A stretch of DNA of 64,000 bases from the NCBI GenBank assembly GCA_951406725.2, contig OX597818.1, positions 63,984,001-64,048,000 of the forward strand, given 5' to 3'. How positions within the stretch are numbered: position 1 is the stretch's first letter; each line of letters opens with the position of its first letter. Under the pieces are notes generated by a model that saw only the letters and a program-made list of their open reading frames with translations, did no database searches and was not told the origin of the DNA. Shown in pieces: positions 41,740-56,576 of the stretch. A program made the position numbers and the translations under genes. Source of the DNA: Octopus vulgaris. Lineage: Eukaryota.

Positions 41740-41769
<30 letters not shown>

Positions 41770-41770
<1 letters not shown>

Positions 41771-41945
41771 GGCGTATATAGAGTGGGTGTGTGGGAAATA
41801 GCTTGCTTAACAAGCACGTGTTTCTGGGTTCAATCCCACTGCGTGGCACCTTGGGGAGGTGTCTTCTACTATAGCTTCGGGCCAACCAAGGCCTTGTGAG
41901 TGGATTTAGTAGAAGGAGATTGAAAGAAGCCTGTCGTATATATAT
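41770..41945 (+). mobile_element. SINE family A, 5' half, diverged
   Basis: gggttcaatcccactgcgtggcaccttggg...gccttgtgagtggattt. Confidence 0.8.
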
Positions 41946-42389
41946 ACACATTTATACTTTATATAGATTTACGCGTATACATTTTTACAACAGACACACA
42001 TACGGCAAATGCAGATTAAAATATACAAATAGATGTCTATAGTCATATTTCTCGCGCATACTGACGTACGAATTCAGGGTTTCATTAAAAAAATATAAGT
42101 TAATAAAGACTGTTCATGCACCTACAAACACTGGATTCTCTCCTTCGTTTATGTAACATTCTGTATATTTGTTAAATGAATCAATATAAAAGAATAGTGA
42201 AAATATTTCTTAAATATTTTACGTACCACAATACATAGATATAGCCATCTATATAGCAAATATAGTGAGAGATACAGACGCTCACCTCTAAACACACATA
42301 TATGTGCGTGAGTGTTAAAGAATAAACGCATTACAATTCGTCTATTCTTTAATTCATTTTATATGTTTCATCCCTGAGGCTGTAGCCAT

Positions 42390-42430
<41 letters not shown>

Positions 42431-42632
42431 CATACATAGACACACACAAATATGTGGAAATCCAAAACCATGAATGTATATACAACAAAAAGTCGATTGG
42501 AATTATACAGTGATACATATACTTGCGCACACACACACGCAGATGGAATGCCTGTATATCTGCATCGCCATATCCTTATATTTATGAATAGAAAAATGTG
42601 TATAAGTATATACACAAACGAACAGCCACAAG

Positions 42633-42665
<33 letters not shown>

Positions 42666-43282
42666 GTGTGTGTGCCTGCATGTAAATATGTATGAACGAA
42701 TGTATGTATGAATATATGTATGTGAATATATGTATGTGAATATATGTATGTGACTGAATGTATGTATGTGTGTATAATTCGTAGATTCACAGGAATTCCA
42801 AAGAATATACATTGGTTTGTTAGCGTTTGTGTGCGTACCAATGAGTATTTAAATGTAGGCACAATTGTTGTCTACGTAAATATGAACGGGGGTTGCATCC
42901 CTGTTGAATTCTATTTGTATTATGAAAAGATTAACACTGTTGTTTTTTGCAGTCAATATCCTAAGGATAACGCATTATAAGTCCAACAGAATAAATAAAA
43001 ATGTAATGGAGGCTATATGGAATTAGTATAATCACATATATTATGGAAACATTTCCATGATAGACAAACACAACCCACCTACTTTCTACGTATGCGTATT
43101 TTGTATATATCATATTCTTCTTCTCAATCACTATTTCTTTCTCATTGTGCGCAAGAAATAATTTACCAACGAGAAACTATAAATCATGATATAAAAAAAA
43201 AAAATGAAATCTCATCACTTATAACTAATCAGAGCTAAAAACCATGTGTACTTACACCTACTCATATATAGATGTATGTACG

Positions 43283-43327
<45 letters not shown>

Positions 43328-43356
43328 GTATGTATGTATGTATATATATATGTATA

Positions 43357-43405
<49 letters not shown>

Positions 43406-43422
43406 TTATATATATATTTATA

Positions 43423-43465
<43 letters not shown>

Positions 43466-43551
43466 ATACATATATATGCATATATATATTTGCCTAAAAT
43501 AACATGTGTGCTTACACCTACATACATATGTACGTATATATATATATATGC

Positions 43552-43630
<79 letters not shown>

Positions 43631-43678
43631 GTTATATAGATATATCCATATATATATATATACATATACATATAAATA

Positions 43679-43710
<32 letters not shown>

Positions 43711-44208
43711 CACATAAATATGTACATATACACACATACATACATTTATATACGTTTGCAAGTATATATGTTTGTTTGTAAGAACGCATGAATATGTGTA
43801 TTCGCTAATATGTGGATGTGGGTGTTTGATAACATTTCTGAATGCTCACTTCATGCTTCAGTGTAAATTAACGTATTGGGGGATTTTGTCTGTTTTCGTG
43901 ATTTCTCAGTGAAATTATTATTGCACAATAGTAAAGATTGGTTTCTTTTTCTCTAATTCTGTTTTCTATTTAATCTGATCATTTGCTATATTGTCTTGCT
44001 TTGAGAGAAATATTCACAGATATATTCGCGAAAATATAAATCAAATACAAAACGAAAATCTAAAAACTGTGATTGTCTGATTTCCTAGATATTGTTTGCG
44101 AAATTAATTCTCTGGAACATGATATTTATTCTCCTTTTTCTTACACATTTAGGAAGTTTTCTTATTTGCAGCTGCAATAAAGAATAAACGTATTTATGTA
44201 TCCAAGTT

Positions 44209-44261
<53 letters not shown>

Positions 44262-44366
44262 TATTTATACGTATATGTATATGTAAGTATGTATGTATGT
44301 ATGTATGTATGTAAGTATGTATGTATGTATGTATGTATGCATGTATGTATGTATATATATATATAT

Positions 44367-44405
<39 letters not shown>

Positions 44406-45359
44406 ATGTATATATATGCATGTATGCATATATATGATTGTGTGTGTGTTTGTGTGTGTCTCTCTCTCTCTGTTTTATTTTGGTGAGCATTATTTCTGTG
44501 GAAATTATGCAGTGAATCTCGTCTATATATGCTAAAATTATATGCAAATTATTAAACTAAATTGCTTCCAATCATTCGGACACACGCGAGCACGCACACA
44601 TAAATACCCCTCAAACACACACACAGAGAAAAACATATACACACATACCCACAGAAAAAGAACATACACTGACAAACAGACACACATTTGTGTGTTTGTC
44701 TTTATATCTTTCCATGATACAACATCACGTAGAAATATATAGACACAATTAAAAGCTATACACTTGTCTGTGATATTTAATTAAGTCGCTAGATGTAAAT
44801 GTTATTTGAATATATGATAAACGCGTCACTTGTTTCTGATATCCAAAAATTGAAGCAGATATGGTATCTTTTTGTGGAAACCCGTTATTTGAAGATATAA
44901 CTAATCGGCTTATACCAATTAATGCGTAAGTTTCTACGAAATTATGGCAATATATTTAACGATGATTGTGCCAAATGTGACACGAATTTTGTGATATGAT
45001 CATTCGATAATCGAGAAATATTCGAATGTCACAAGTAGGTATGATTGTGAAATCTAACTAATTCCCATATACTCTTTCGTGTGCAGAATTCACTAGATGA
45101 AGTTATTAATAGCAATCAATATGCATGCATAATTATGTATTAGCCACTCATTATCTCTAATGAATGTATTACTTAAAGTAACTAATTTTGAATTCGGGTG
45201 TGATTTACTGCAAATGTACACAACAGAGACGCATAAACCATATAATGAACGATAGGAAATTGGGTATAAACATAACTATAGCAAGTGTTAGCATAACCTT
45301 TTTGCTAGTTATAATTTTAGCTATGAAAATATGTGTCTATGTATGTGTGTGAGTATGTA

Positions 45360-45407
<48 letters not shown>

Positions 45408-45496
45408 AAAATGGAGGGAATCCAAAGGTATAATTCATCAGCTGTTACACATTATATTATGCGTATGTATTTATTTATTTAAAGCAGTTGTGACAT

Positions 45497-45553
<57 letters not shown>

Positions 45554-45732
45554 CTCAGAACTGTTTATATATATATATATACCAAGAATTCACAACGACC
45601 TCGAACCCACAAGTGTAAACAGGAGAGACAGAGAAAAGCAGAAACAAGGAAAATGCCACTTATATTTGAACACTATACAAATATTCTTTTAAAAAACTTT
45701 TCTTTTAATTTTTCTAAATTTAATTTTTTAAT

Positions 45733-45780
45733 CGTTACAGTTGAAAAGGTCTCAAAATGACTGAAACCGGTACTGAAATG
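45733..45780 (+). ncRNA. Variant minimal hammerhead motif with a U3-A8 core (GUA), in a (TA)n-embedded element at about 45580-45830
   Basis: cguuaCAG UUGAAAA GGUC-ucaaaau-GACU GAAA C-CG-G UA CUGaaaug. Palindromic stem III ACCGGU. Confidence 0.7.
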
Positions 45781-45824
45781 TTCTTTATAAAATTATTTTA
45801 GCATTTTCTATATTGACTTGTTTT

Positions 45825-45871
<47 letters not shown>

Positions 45872-45876
45872 TATAT

Positions 45877-45917
<41 letters not shown>

Positions 45918-45946
45918 CATGCATACATATATATATATATATATAT

Positions 45947-45989
<43 letters not shown>

Positions 45990-47379
45990 CAATGCACGCT
46001 TAAACGTTTGTTCACCCTTTATACAGCAAACGTCACAATTTGAATCACGCTAATGAAATTATCCTGTGGAAATCACTGACAAATTGTTTTGTTGTTCTGG
46101 TTGCTGGGCAATAGATATTCAATGATTGAGTTATAATCGAAATGGCAGAATGGCTTTAAATCAAATTCACATGATATTTGAGACTTTTAACGACAACGTC
46201 CACGTTAACTCCTTGATACGTGCAACACAAATCAACTCGCAAACTATTGAAAATATCGATCCATATTGAATTCGTTTCTTCAGTGATATGCTGCATATCT
46301 GGCCGTTGGCAATATTTTTAACAAACTGATATTAACTACAAGAATGTAATATATGTACTATTTCTACCCTGTAGCAAAACGTGTGAATTTCCTCTCTTGG
46401 ATAGAAACCTTTATGGAAATAAAGAGCAATATTTTAATAGAATATATCGTCGCTTGAATGGAATTCATACATGTATAATCCCTCATCATGTTTAAACTTA
46501 TATTGCAATAGAAACTGTACAATGATGATGAGGATGATGATAAAACAAGTGAGAATTTCAATGCAAAGATGTTATCGTGCTCGGCTTTACGGGAAAATAA
46601 CGATTAGCTCATGGTTCATACAGAACAGATAGAGATCTACATAAAGTAATTTTTACTTTTCCATGCATAAGTAATATCGCACTGAATATTTTTCACGCGT
46701 TTTCAGGAAAGAAATTTGCATTATTTTACCAACACATCTATCATTCAATGAATAAACCAGTGTGGATTAAGAAACACTCTACGGTTGTGGATTAATAAGA
46801 ACAATACTAATCAGTTTTCTTAACACTTTTATTTTGCGAAGTCAGATGGCGCGTGGATTTGTTTAACATCACCACCTACTTGCCAATAATAGTAACTCAA
46901 AAACATTCCTGAAGTTTGAACAATATCTGTGTCAGCAGAACTCATATATAGAAAGATAGGCAGATAGGCAAACAAACAGATAGATATATAGATTGATAGA
47001 TAGATAGACAGATAGATAGATAGACAGATAGATAGAGAGATAGGCATATAGATAGAGAGATAGAGATAGAGAGGGAGAGAGACAGATAGAGAGATACACT
47101 GAGATAGATAGATAAGTAGATAAATAGATAGTTAAGTTTCGTTATTAGCCGCATAGGGCCCGACAAAGTGAGGACAAAATACAATGTAGAGGTTTTCTTT
47201 TCGAAAATAGAAAAAAAGAAGGAAAATAAAATTCCAATCAAAAATGCATGGTGAAAGAAAACAGCGATTAAAATGCATCGTGTATCACAGAAAATATTTA
47301 AAATGTGAAAAGAAAAATTAGTTTTATCCAGGGAAAGAAAAGCCTGAGAAAAAGCCATGGTAACCTCAGGCAGGGAGGG

Positions 47380-47880
47380 AATAGACACATGAGAGCAAAG
47401 TGTTTTCTCTTTTATCGATTTAGGGGATCATGCTCAAAATATTCCGATCAATTTCGAAAAAATTCCACAGTAGATAAATGTTTAAGGCCCGTATGGGCCC
47501 TTAAAGAGTACATCACCAGTGGAAAAATATTTGCCACAATAGAAGTTAGATTCGACAGTGAAAAACGAGCCAAGGACCTCTCCACAAAGTCTCTTGTATC
47601 CGAGAACTTAATGATGATACCTACATACTTTTTGTTGTAGGATCACAATAATAAAAATCAAAGATGTGCCCCCTGAGCTAGATATAAAATGGTTTGTGTC
47701 TGACGTTTGTTAAAACATCGAGGAGGCAATTCACATCTTGTAACTCGCTGACCTGGACCAGCAAAATTCGATTGCAGAAGCAGTGGAAGTCCGTGCACAA
47801 GTTGATCCAATTAGCATTGAAATGAATCCACTTCTTATCAAACTGGCAGACGGTTCGAATTTGCATGTGGTTTTCGAAAG

Positions 47881-47882
<2 letters not shown>
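47380..47882 (+). pseudogene. Probable LINE ORF1 (gag-like) remnant
   Basis: Frameshifted reading IEVRFDSEKRAKDLSTKSLVSENLMMIPTY / IKIKDVPPELDIKW / VRAQVDP..PLLIKLADGSNLHVVFE resembles RRM-type ORF1 of L1/Tx1-like elements. Truncated at (TA)n. Confidence 0.45.
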
Positions 47883-47916
<34 letters not shown>

Positions 47917-48062
47917 CTGTAATATTAATACATTTGTATGTAACACATAGTTATTACATGTGTATGTATTCTTCTAATACTTTCTAATATATTGAATAAA
48001 GAGACATACTAGAATGTCTACTGGCTGACGTATGTCATTTTTTAATCCTCTCCATTTTCTTA

Positions 48063-48129
<67 letters not shown>

Positions 48130-49385
48130 TTGTATATATATATATATATATGTTTGTATGTGTTCGAGTGTTTTTGTGTGGAAGTATATATCTTATGAAT
48201 ATATATATGAACGTATATTATATGTTCATGTATGAACCTACATATACTTATCTACGTGAATGTGTGTGTTTTGTGTGTAATATTTCAAACGCTAAATATA
48301 TTGCTACGTCAAAAACCCCTGTTACACACTCAGCACCCGACGTTGATATACTCCCTTGTAATTAACATTGTTTAATACACAGTTTGCCAAATATTCTGCT
48401 GCCAAAATCATAATGCCAACCAAGTTATTGTTCAAATAAGCGTGACGTAAATAAAAATCTGGTTGAATTAGAGAATGTGTATATCATATGCAAAACTACA
48501 TTTTTTATTTCAGTTTTAACAAACACTTGATACTAATATTAATGATTATTTCCGTAATTCTTTCTCTCTTTTTTTCCCTGTGTATATGTATATAGGAGGA
48601 AAAGAATAAATTTCAGATTAATTAAAATGCAAATATATCACTAATTTTCGTTTTGGGTGTTGTAGTGTGTTTGTAATTATGGCTTCTGTTTGAAATATTT
48701 TCTCTATTACGTGTTCGAAATATTTCAATTATGTTTACTACAAATATATTTCCATTTTGACAATTATGAAATTTCATTTATTTATATTTAAACTGAGTTA
48801 AATTTTATTTGAAAACAAAACAAATAAAATTACCAATATAGATTTAATTTCATGCTAAAATGCTTTAGTAAATATAAACAGGCATATTTAGTAATTAAAA
48901 TAACGTCAGTTCAAAAGCAGCCATATTTCGTACACTTTAACCCGTCTTAACATGATTACTGGAGCAAAACACTTAAATTGTTTACTCTTTATGCAATTCA
49001 TTTTGACTGCAATTGTATTGTATTTTATAACATTTAGCAATTACACCGTAAGCATACGCTGACGAAACCAAAATATTTAGCAATGACCCGTTTGTTATTC
49101 AGTACAGAAATACAGAAATTACTAACTTTCAGATTTGCATTTAGAATGGTATTCAAACGCAGTGACCCTCCGTCGTTTGATCATATTGACAGGACGCTTT
49201 GCTTGAGAAAATTAAAGTGGAAGTGGCTGATTACTCCACAGGCACGCGCTTTTAAATTCATGCATGCATATGCGTATACACACACACATATATATACATA
49301 CACACATTCACACTCATCCATCTATCTATCAGTTAATCAATCTATCTATCTATCTATATCTTTGTCTCTCTCCCCCTCTCTCACT

Positions 49386-49435
<50 letters not shown>

Positions 49436-49463
49436 TAGGTGTGTATGCATGTACGTATACTTG

Positions 49464-49858
49464 TTACTCTTTACTCTTTTACTTGTTTCAGTCATTTGAC
49501 TGCGGCCATGCTGGAGCACCGCCTTTAGTTGAGCAAATCGACCCCGGGACTTAATCTTTGTAAGTCCAGTACTTATTCTATCGGTCTCTTTTGCGGAACC
49601 GCTAAGTGACGGGGACGTAAACACACCAGCATCGGTTGTCAAGCAATGCTAGGGGGACAAACACACACACACACACACATATATATACATATATACGACA
49701 GGCTTCTTTCAGTTTCCGTCTACCAAATCCACTCACAAGGCATTGGTCGGCCCGGGGCTATAGCAGAAGACACTCGCCCAAGATGCCACGCAGTGGGACT
49801 GAACCCGGAACCATGTGGTTGGTGAGCAAGCTACTTACCACACAGCCACTCCTGCGCC
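49464..49858 (-). mobile_element. Full-length SINE, family A
   Basis: Head ggcgcaggagtggctgtgtggtaag...gggttcagtccc, internal (TG)/(TA) repeat, tail ggcggtgctccagcatggccgcagtcaaatgactgaaac plus short tandem tail. Confidence 0.92.
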
Positions 49859-50315
49859 TAGGTATGCATATATTCAACGTATGATCAAGTTAAGAAAATA
49901 AAAAGTAACAGAGATTCGAAGCTAACTAAACAACAAATACTTAAACGATAGAAATATTACTACGCCAACAAATTAACTCCGCAGACAAAATATGTGGAAT
50001 AAAGCATTGATTTAAATTTAACCCGTAGCAGAGGAAATAATTTGCTACCAAATATAACAGAAATTTAATTTTCGAATCATACACAGAAACCTGAATACTT
50101 GTGCAGTAAATCTTAGTTACGTAAAAGTCTGTGCGGAAATTTAAGCAATAAGTCAAAATTTACTCGTCAAAATTGTAAAAAATCTAGAAATATATGAAGA
50201 CGGAAGTAAATAATTTATTATACCTATCTATTAGAAGAATAATATATATGAATGCGAAAAATCGTCTATAAATGCAAAGTATTGTACATATCCGTATAGA
50301 TATATCTATATGTTG

Positions 50316-50346
<31 letters not shown>

Positions 50347-50347
50347 C

Positions 50348-50398
<51 letters not shown>

Positions 50399-50413
50399 CA
50401 TATATATATATAC

Positions 50414-50445
<32 letters not shown>

Positions 50446-50672
50446 CTGTATGTACGTATGTGTGTGGGCGAGTGTGTGCATGTGTGCGTGCGTGTGTGAG
50501 TGTATTATTATTATACAAGATTGTTGTTGACTATGGCTTCGATATTTCACCTGACTGCTGATGGGTAAACAGTCAACAATTTTATAGGTTCATAAATTTG
50601 TTACTCTACAAAATGTATTAAAGCATTCTCCAATTTAATGTTAACCTGTCTTCACCATAAAATTAAAAGCAA

Positions 50673-50790
<118 letters not shown>

Positions 50791-50963
50791 TAATAATAAT
50801 ATGAAGGAATATTATTCCAAACTTACAGGGAAAAATTCAATTTAGAAATAATAAATCAAATTTCACAATATATATATATGTATACTTTTTAATACTTTTT
50901 GATAGTTATATATATCTGATATAATTTTTAAAAAAATAAATAAAATAAAAATATAAATATTAA

Positions 50964-51003
<40 letters not shown>

Positions 51004-51189
51004 AATAAATATTTACAAATATAAATTAATAATTTTAAATTTTATATTTAATATATTAGTATATTATATTAATTGATTTTAATTTCTGTTTTGGTTTATG
51101 TTTTTCACTGTTTGATTTGTCTAATAGTGGTTTTATCTATAATTTAATTTATACATATGTATATATATATACATACATACATATATATG

Positions 51190-51304
<115 letters not shown>

Positions 51305-53245
51305 GGGGAATGTCGTAATGTTAATATTGAAAGGAATTTGACCTGAAGTCAGCCATTTTTATTTCACTTGTATATGTAGTCCTACTTACTGCGGTTTCAG
51401 TAGTGGCGACTGGAAAATTCATTGAAATAAACAGAAGACGGACATTCAACCCTTACTATAGGCATGCAAAGCCCATCAATTTCCATTAAGAACTCACGTG
51501 AAAATACATATGCAAATATGAATGCATGTATACACACACGCACAAACATATATACACACATATTTATATACATATATGTGTTTGTGTATGTTAGTTTCCT
51601 GTGTATGTGTCGATTTAAGGATGCATATATGCATGCATATATGCACCTATATATGTATGTATGTACGTGTAGCAATATTCAAATCTGAATCGAAAGAGTG
51701 ACGACTTAAAAAGATGGCGTAGTAAGATATGTTACAGAACATCGGCTGGATTATAGCGCAATCAGCACCCTCACAATACGTGATGCATTACTCTTGAAGC
51801 ATGTAGAAATCGTGTTCACATGTCCTATAAATAGGCATAATTTTAGAGCCAACTATGCAGTGTGAGAGACGAAATGGGCGTAATTCACCCCAAATATTGC
51901 TAGGCCTATTTGAGACGAATCCGGCCGAATCATTTCACATTTCTCACCAAATAACAGTTTCTGGTCACAGGTACCTACTTTGACCACATACACGTTTTGC
52001 TGCGTTTAGCACTCGGTGGGTTATTTAAAGAATATTTTTGGTAGGATTTAAATTCTTTAAATGACACACATCTATTTACACCACAATGGACGCTGGAACT
52101 AATCAAAAACAGTCCCCCCCACACACAAACACATGTATACATATATATACACGCACACAAAGACACACACACTCACACCATTTTGACCTTCATAAAGACA
52201 CACATATACACACGCAGCACCATGCCAAATGCCATCCACACACATACATACGTGCACGCACACACACACACACGCACAACACCCAGACAACCACACACGC
52301 GGTTCACAAACGGACACACATATACACATACCATCCTACCAGATCTTACAAACACACAGACACATCTATTCACACCACATATATATATACACACACACAA
52401 AAACACACACACTCACCCCATCCTGACCCCTAAATCATTGATGCTTGAAGGAGAGACAAAAAGGGTAAATTATTTTCAGTTCCACATTACTCTTCCTTTT
52501 CCCCCCAACCAAACACACCTACTGTGTCCCTTGAAATAGATAATATTCTTTTACGTAAACCTTTTTGAACTCATAATATTCTGTACGTGTATACCAATAT
52601 TTACTGAACTTTTTTAATAAGTCCTTCTGGAAATTATCTTGAGAATGTATAATATATTTGTTGTAATCTTTTGTGCCCAATATTTCAATGAGATTGTTAA
52701 ACTTTTTTATATTCTCAACATGCTCTTGTCACCAAAGAATGTATATTTATATGGATTGTAGTACTCTGTGTCAACCAATATTCTGTGCATGTTGGAATAT
52801 ACAGATACAATACCAATACCAATATCAATTCCTTCTGGAAACTATCTTAAGTATCTCCTTGAGAATGATTATTTTTGTAGTAATCTTTTGTGCCCAATAT
52901 TTTAAGGAACTTGTTGAACTTTTTTATGTCCTTAACATGTCCGTGTTACCAAAGACTGTATATATGTTATGTAGCAATTTGTAACAACCAATAATTAACG
53001 CAACCAAACTTCTACATGTTACTTTTGACAATCTTTTTCCAAAGAGTGAAACCGGTAAAGTAAATAAACATTTTTTAAATTGCATTTTCAAACATACTTT
53101 CGGATATAATTCCACTCGTGTGGTACCCTATGTATATATATATATATATATATACATACATGTATACATACATATACATATATGTGTGTATATATATATA
53201 TATATATTCATATAAATAATTACAAATACACATGCATATATATAA

Positions 53246-53298
<53 letters not shown>

Positions 53299-53737
53299 TA
53301 TGTCTATGCATACACACATATAATGATAGGCATTTATGTATATGTATGTGTATATTTGATATATAATTGGATATATATATATGGAAAAAACTAAGCTATG
53401 AATTTGTCGATAACTAAATAAGTTGATGTTCATAGAATTAGTCTTCAGCATTTCTTCCTAATTCTAAATTTATTGTTGAAAATTTTATTTGGCTTTTTTA
53501 TTCCCTTGATTATAACTGTCATATTTGGTGTCTTTTAAATTATATTCTCTCTCACGTTATTCCGCGTAGAACCATGTAAAATACCGATATCTCACCTCAA
53601 TACAATAAACACACACACGCTCCTATATGGACATACATGTATGTATGTATGTATGTACGTATGTATATACATATATATATATATATATATATGTATACAT
53701 ATATATATGTATATATATATATATATGTATATATATG

Positions 53738-53778
<41 letters not shown>

Positions 53779-55345
53779 CTGTGTGTCTGTGTGTGTATGT
53801 ATATAAATATATTTATACATATGCATTTATAGACATGAATATATAAGTATATATATGTAGATATACATATATATGTATGTATGCAAACATACATATGTGT
53901 GTATAAGTAGGTAATGTAATACCATATATATGTTTAGATATACGCGTGTTTATGTGAGAGTTTGCCTCTTTTAATTACGTCTATGTTCAGTAATATATTC
54001 CCATTTATGTATTATTTATATTAGACACAAACGGGCTCACGTAAGCACACATAGATACAAAGAGACACACCAACACGCACACGCATACATACATACATAC
54101 ATACATATATTTATATATATATATATGTGTGTGTGTATATGTATATATTAAGTGTGAGAGAATAATACAGAGAGATAGTCAGAAAGGGAGGAAAATGAGA
54201 GAGAAAAATGATAGATCTATATAATAAATATATAGAAAATATCACCACATGATTAGTATGATATCCGTCTTTGTTGTAACTCTTTTTTTGTTGCAACTTT
54301 GGAAGAGCATTTCTTGGAATATTGATATTTGTTTTCATTGATGGAGTCTCTCTTTCTTGCTACTTCGTCAAAAATAAATGCTGCTATTACATCAGATAAG
54401 CAATACATGTCATAGAATTTTCAACGAGTATGTATTGATCTAGACATTGTTTAAATTTTGAAATGCATTTTTTTGTAATACTCAGCATAACAACTGGATT
54501 TAATTAAAGCTAGCAACGTGTCATGTAGCATGAGCGTCAGTGTATGCGCGTATCTGTGTATATATTCATGTGTGATTGCATGTGCTTCCTTGTGTTCTGT
54601 GAATTACCATCGCAACATCTATAATATCCAGCGTAGTATAATATTAAGACTAAAGACAATGGAATACCTAAATTTAGTGAAAGTAGCATGCATGCGAATG
54701 AAGTACTCAATATATTTACAGAAAATGATGCATCAGAAATATTGCTTTTGCAGTCATTTTCGTACGTTTGCCATTCAATTTGATAATGGGTTTTTTCAAA
54801 GTCGCGAAAAATAATAGCACCATGAAATTTGTCATTCAAATTCTTTTTTCCGTAATTCACTTTCACACTTCGGTCAAAGGATTTAGCATTTACATAATTC
54901 AAATTGAAAGACCCCTCGAGACCATTCAAATCAATCAGAATGCCAGGAAGCGTCTTTTCGAGCATTCAAACTCGCATGTGGGCATTCGAGTTCGGAATAA
55001 ACTTATTCAATTTAGCACTAATTTTACATGTGTGTTTTACTCACATTCTAAGAAGTGGATGTTAATAAATGAGACATTAAAAATTACTTGATTTCTCTTG
55101 AACATTTTATTATGTTGTTGTAACTACAACGAAGAAATAAATTACGTGATTTTTCTCTCCACGATTGTCTTTTCCGCTGCAACATTCGTAACATTTGCAT
55201 TTTATATCCCATCCTCTTACAGTAACTTATAAACATAGAGCCATAGATAAGGTACATGCATATAGCAGACGGCAAGGCTAGTTGACACCTTCAAGGGGCA
55301 TCAAACCGATTACCTGTAACTGGCAGACTCACTTGGCATTATAAT

Positions 55346-56285
55346 ATGTGTTGTCCGATTCAGAGTAGTGATATACCTACGGTCTTGGAGGCGCTACAAG
55401 TTATCCAGGGTAGTGCCCATCACGTTAGAGTTAATGAGGAAACGCTCCATGTGATTTCTGCTGCCAACCCACTCGCAACCCTTCAACAGATGAAGAGGTA
55501 CTTAGAGGCAGCATTGCCCGCAAAGCCACCTGTTTCCGTGTCTGAAATCTCATGGACTCTAGATGAGATGTTGATAAGTATGAAGTTTGCTGAAGACGTC
55601 CCAGATGCAAGAAATGCACCAAGAACTCTGGAAAAGCGTTATGGTTAGTGCATTGTTTCATGGAAGAGGGGGTTGTCGGTCATTGCTAATTCATTGATGA
55701 ATGTGGGTACAACATTTGGATCAGGCGGTCTTTTGGTTAAGCACCCCCTCCCGAGGTGTTCCTGTTCGCCGAGTTGTCGACCGTCAGCGTGCGAAAAACC
55801 GCAAAGTCAATTTCGCGTTGGGAGAAATTGGTTCGGTTCACCACTCCGTTGCGAACGATACCGTGACAGGAAACTCTTTCGAGGGGTTCTTGGTGGAATC
55901 AGTTCGAGCATGTGTTGACATCTCCCTAGCGCATGGATCCATCTACTTTATCTACGCGCGGCTACACGTTCGACCCAAGCTCCCAGCTGAGGCCGACCCT
56001 AAGATCAGTCGCAAAACTTCTGCCTCACTAATCGCCTTGTCTAAATTGTACGAAAATGGCACATTCTGTTTTTAATGCGGGTGTCAAGCGGAACTGCGCT
56101 CGAGTTGAGCTGCAGCAAAGTTTTGGCGACTGAACAGCTGCAGAAAAAGCCGGCCTGACCATAAAAGAATGGCGAGCAAATGTCATACAATAGGTCGAAA
56201 GGAGTAACATTGACGCTATCACTCCAGATAATTGTGTTCGTTGATATAGAAACACTCAGACCTACCTCATGAGATACCTAGACTG
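55346..56285 (+). pseudogene. DDE transposase pseudogene (IS630-like, about DD33-34E)
   Basis: NPLATLQQMK..PVSVSEISWTL (HTH); FIDECGYNIW; IYFIY[--]ARLH (expected DN missing); LLPH*SPCLNCTKMAHSVF (LPPYSPxLNxxE-like, E to K). Stops and frameshifts. Confidence 0.85.
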
Positions 56286-56341
56286 CCAGAAGATAGACGA
56301 CTACGTTGTCTCAAACGAACTCACCTTATCAAGACTGTAAA

Positions 56342-56576
56342 TCTATTTCTTTATTGCCCACAAGGGGCTAAACACAGAGGGGACAAACAAGGACAGACGA
56401 ACGTATAAAGTCGATGACATCGACCCCAGTACGTAACTGGTACTTAATTTATCGACCCCGAAAGGATGAAAGGCAAAGTCGACCTCAGCGGAATTTGAAC
56501 TCAGAACGTAACGGCAGACAAAATACGGCTACGCATTTCGCCCGGCGTGCTAACGGTTCTGCCAGGTCGCCGCCCT
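56342..56576 (-). mobile_element. SINE family B monomer nested in the DNA transposon
   Basis: Homologous to the unit of 8991-9626, with head ggcggcgacctggcagaaccgttagc. Confidence 0.9.

Larger units (their letters stand above)
40732..41743 (-). mobile_element. Young non-autonomous PLE/retrozyme-like element: 546-bp unit in partial tandem plus terminal inversion, within (TA)n
   Basis: 40732-41064 matches 41278-41610 (2 differences seen). 41610-41743 is the reverse complement of 41189-41322. One HHR per repeat. Confidence 0.85.
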
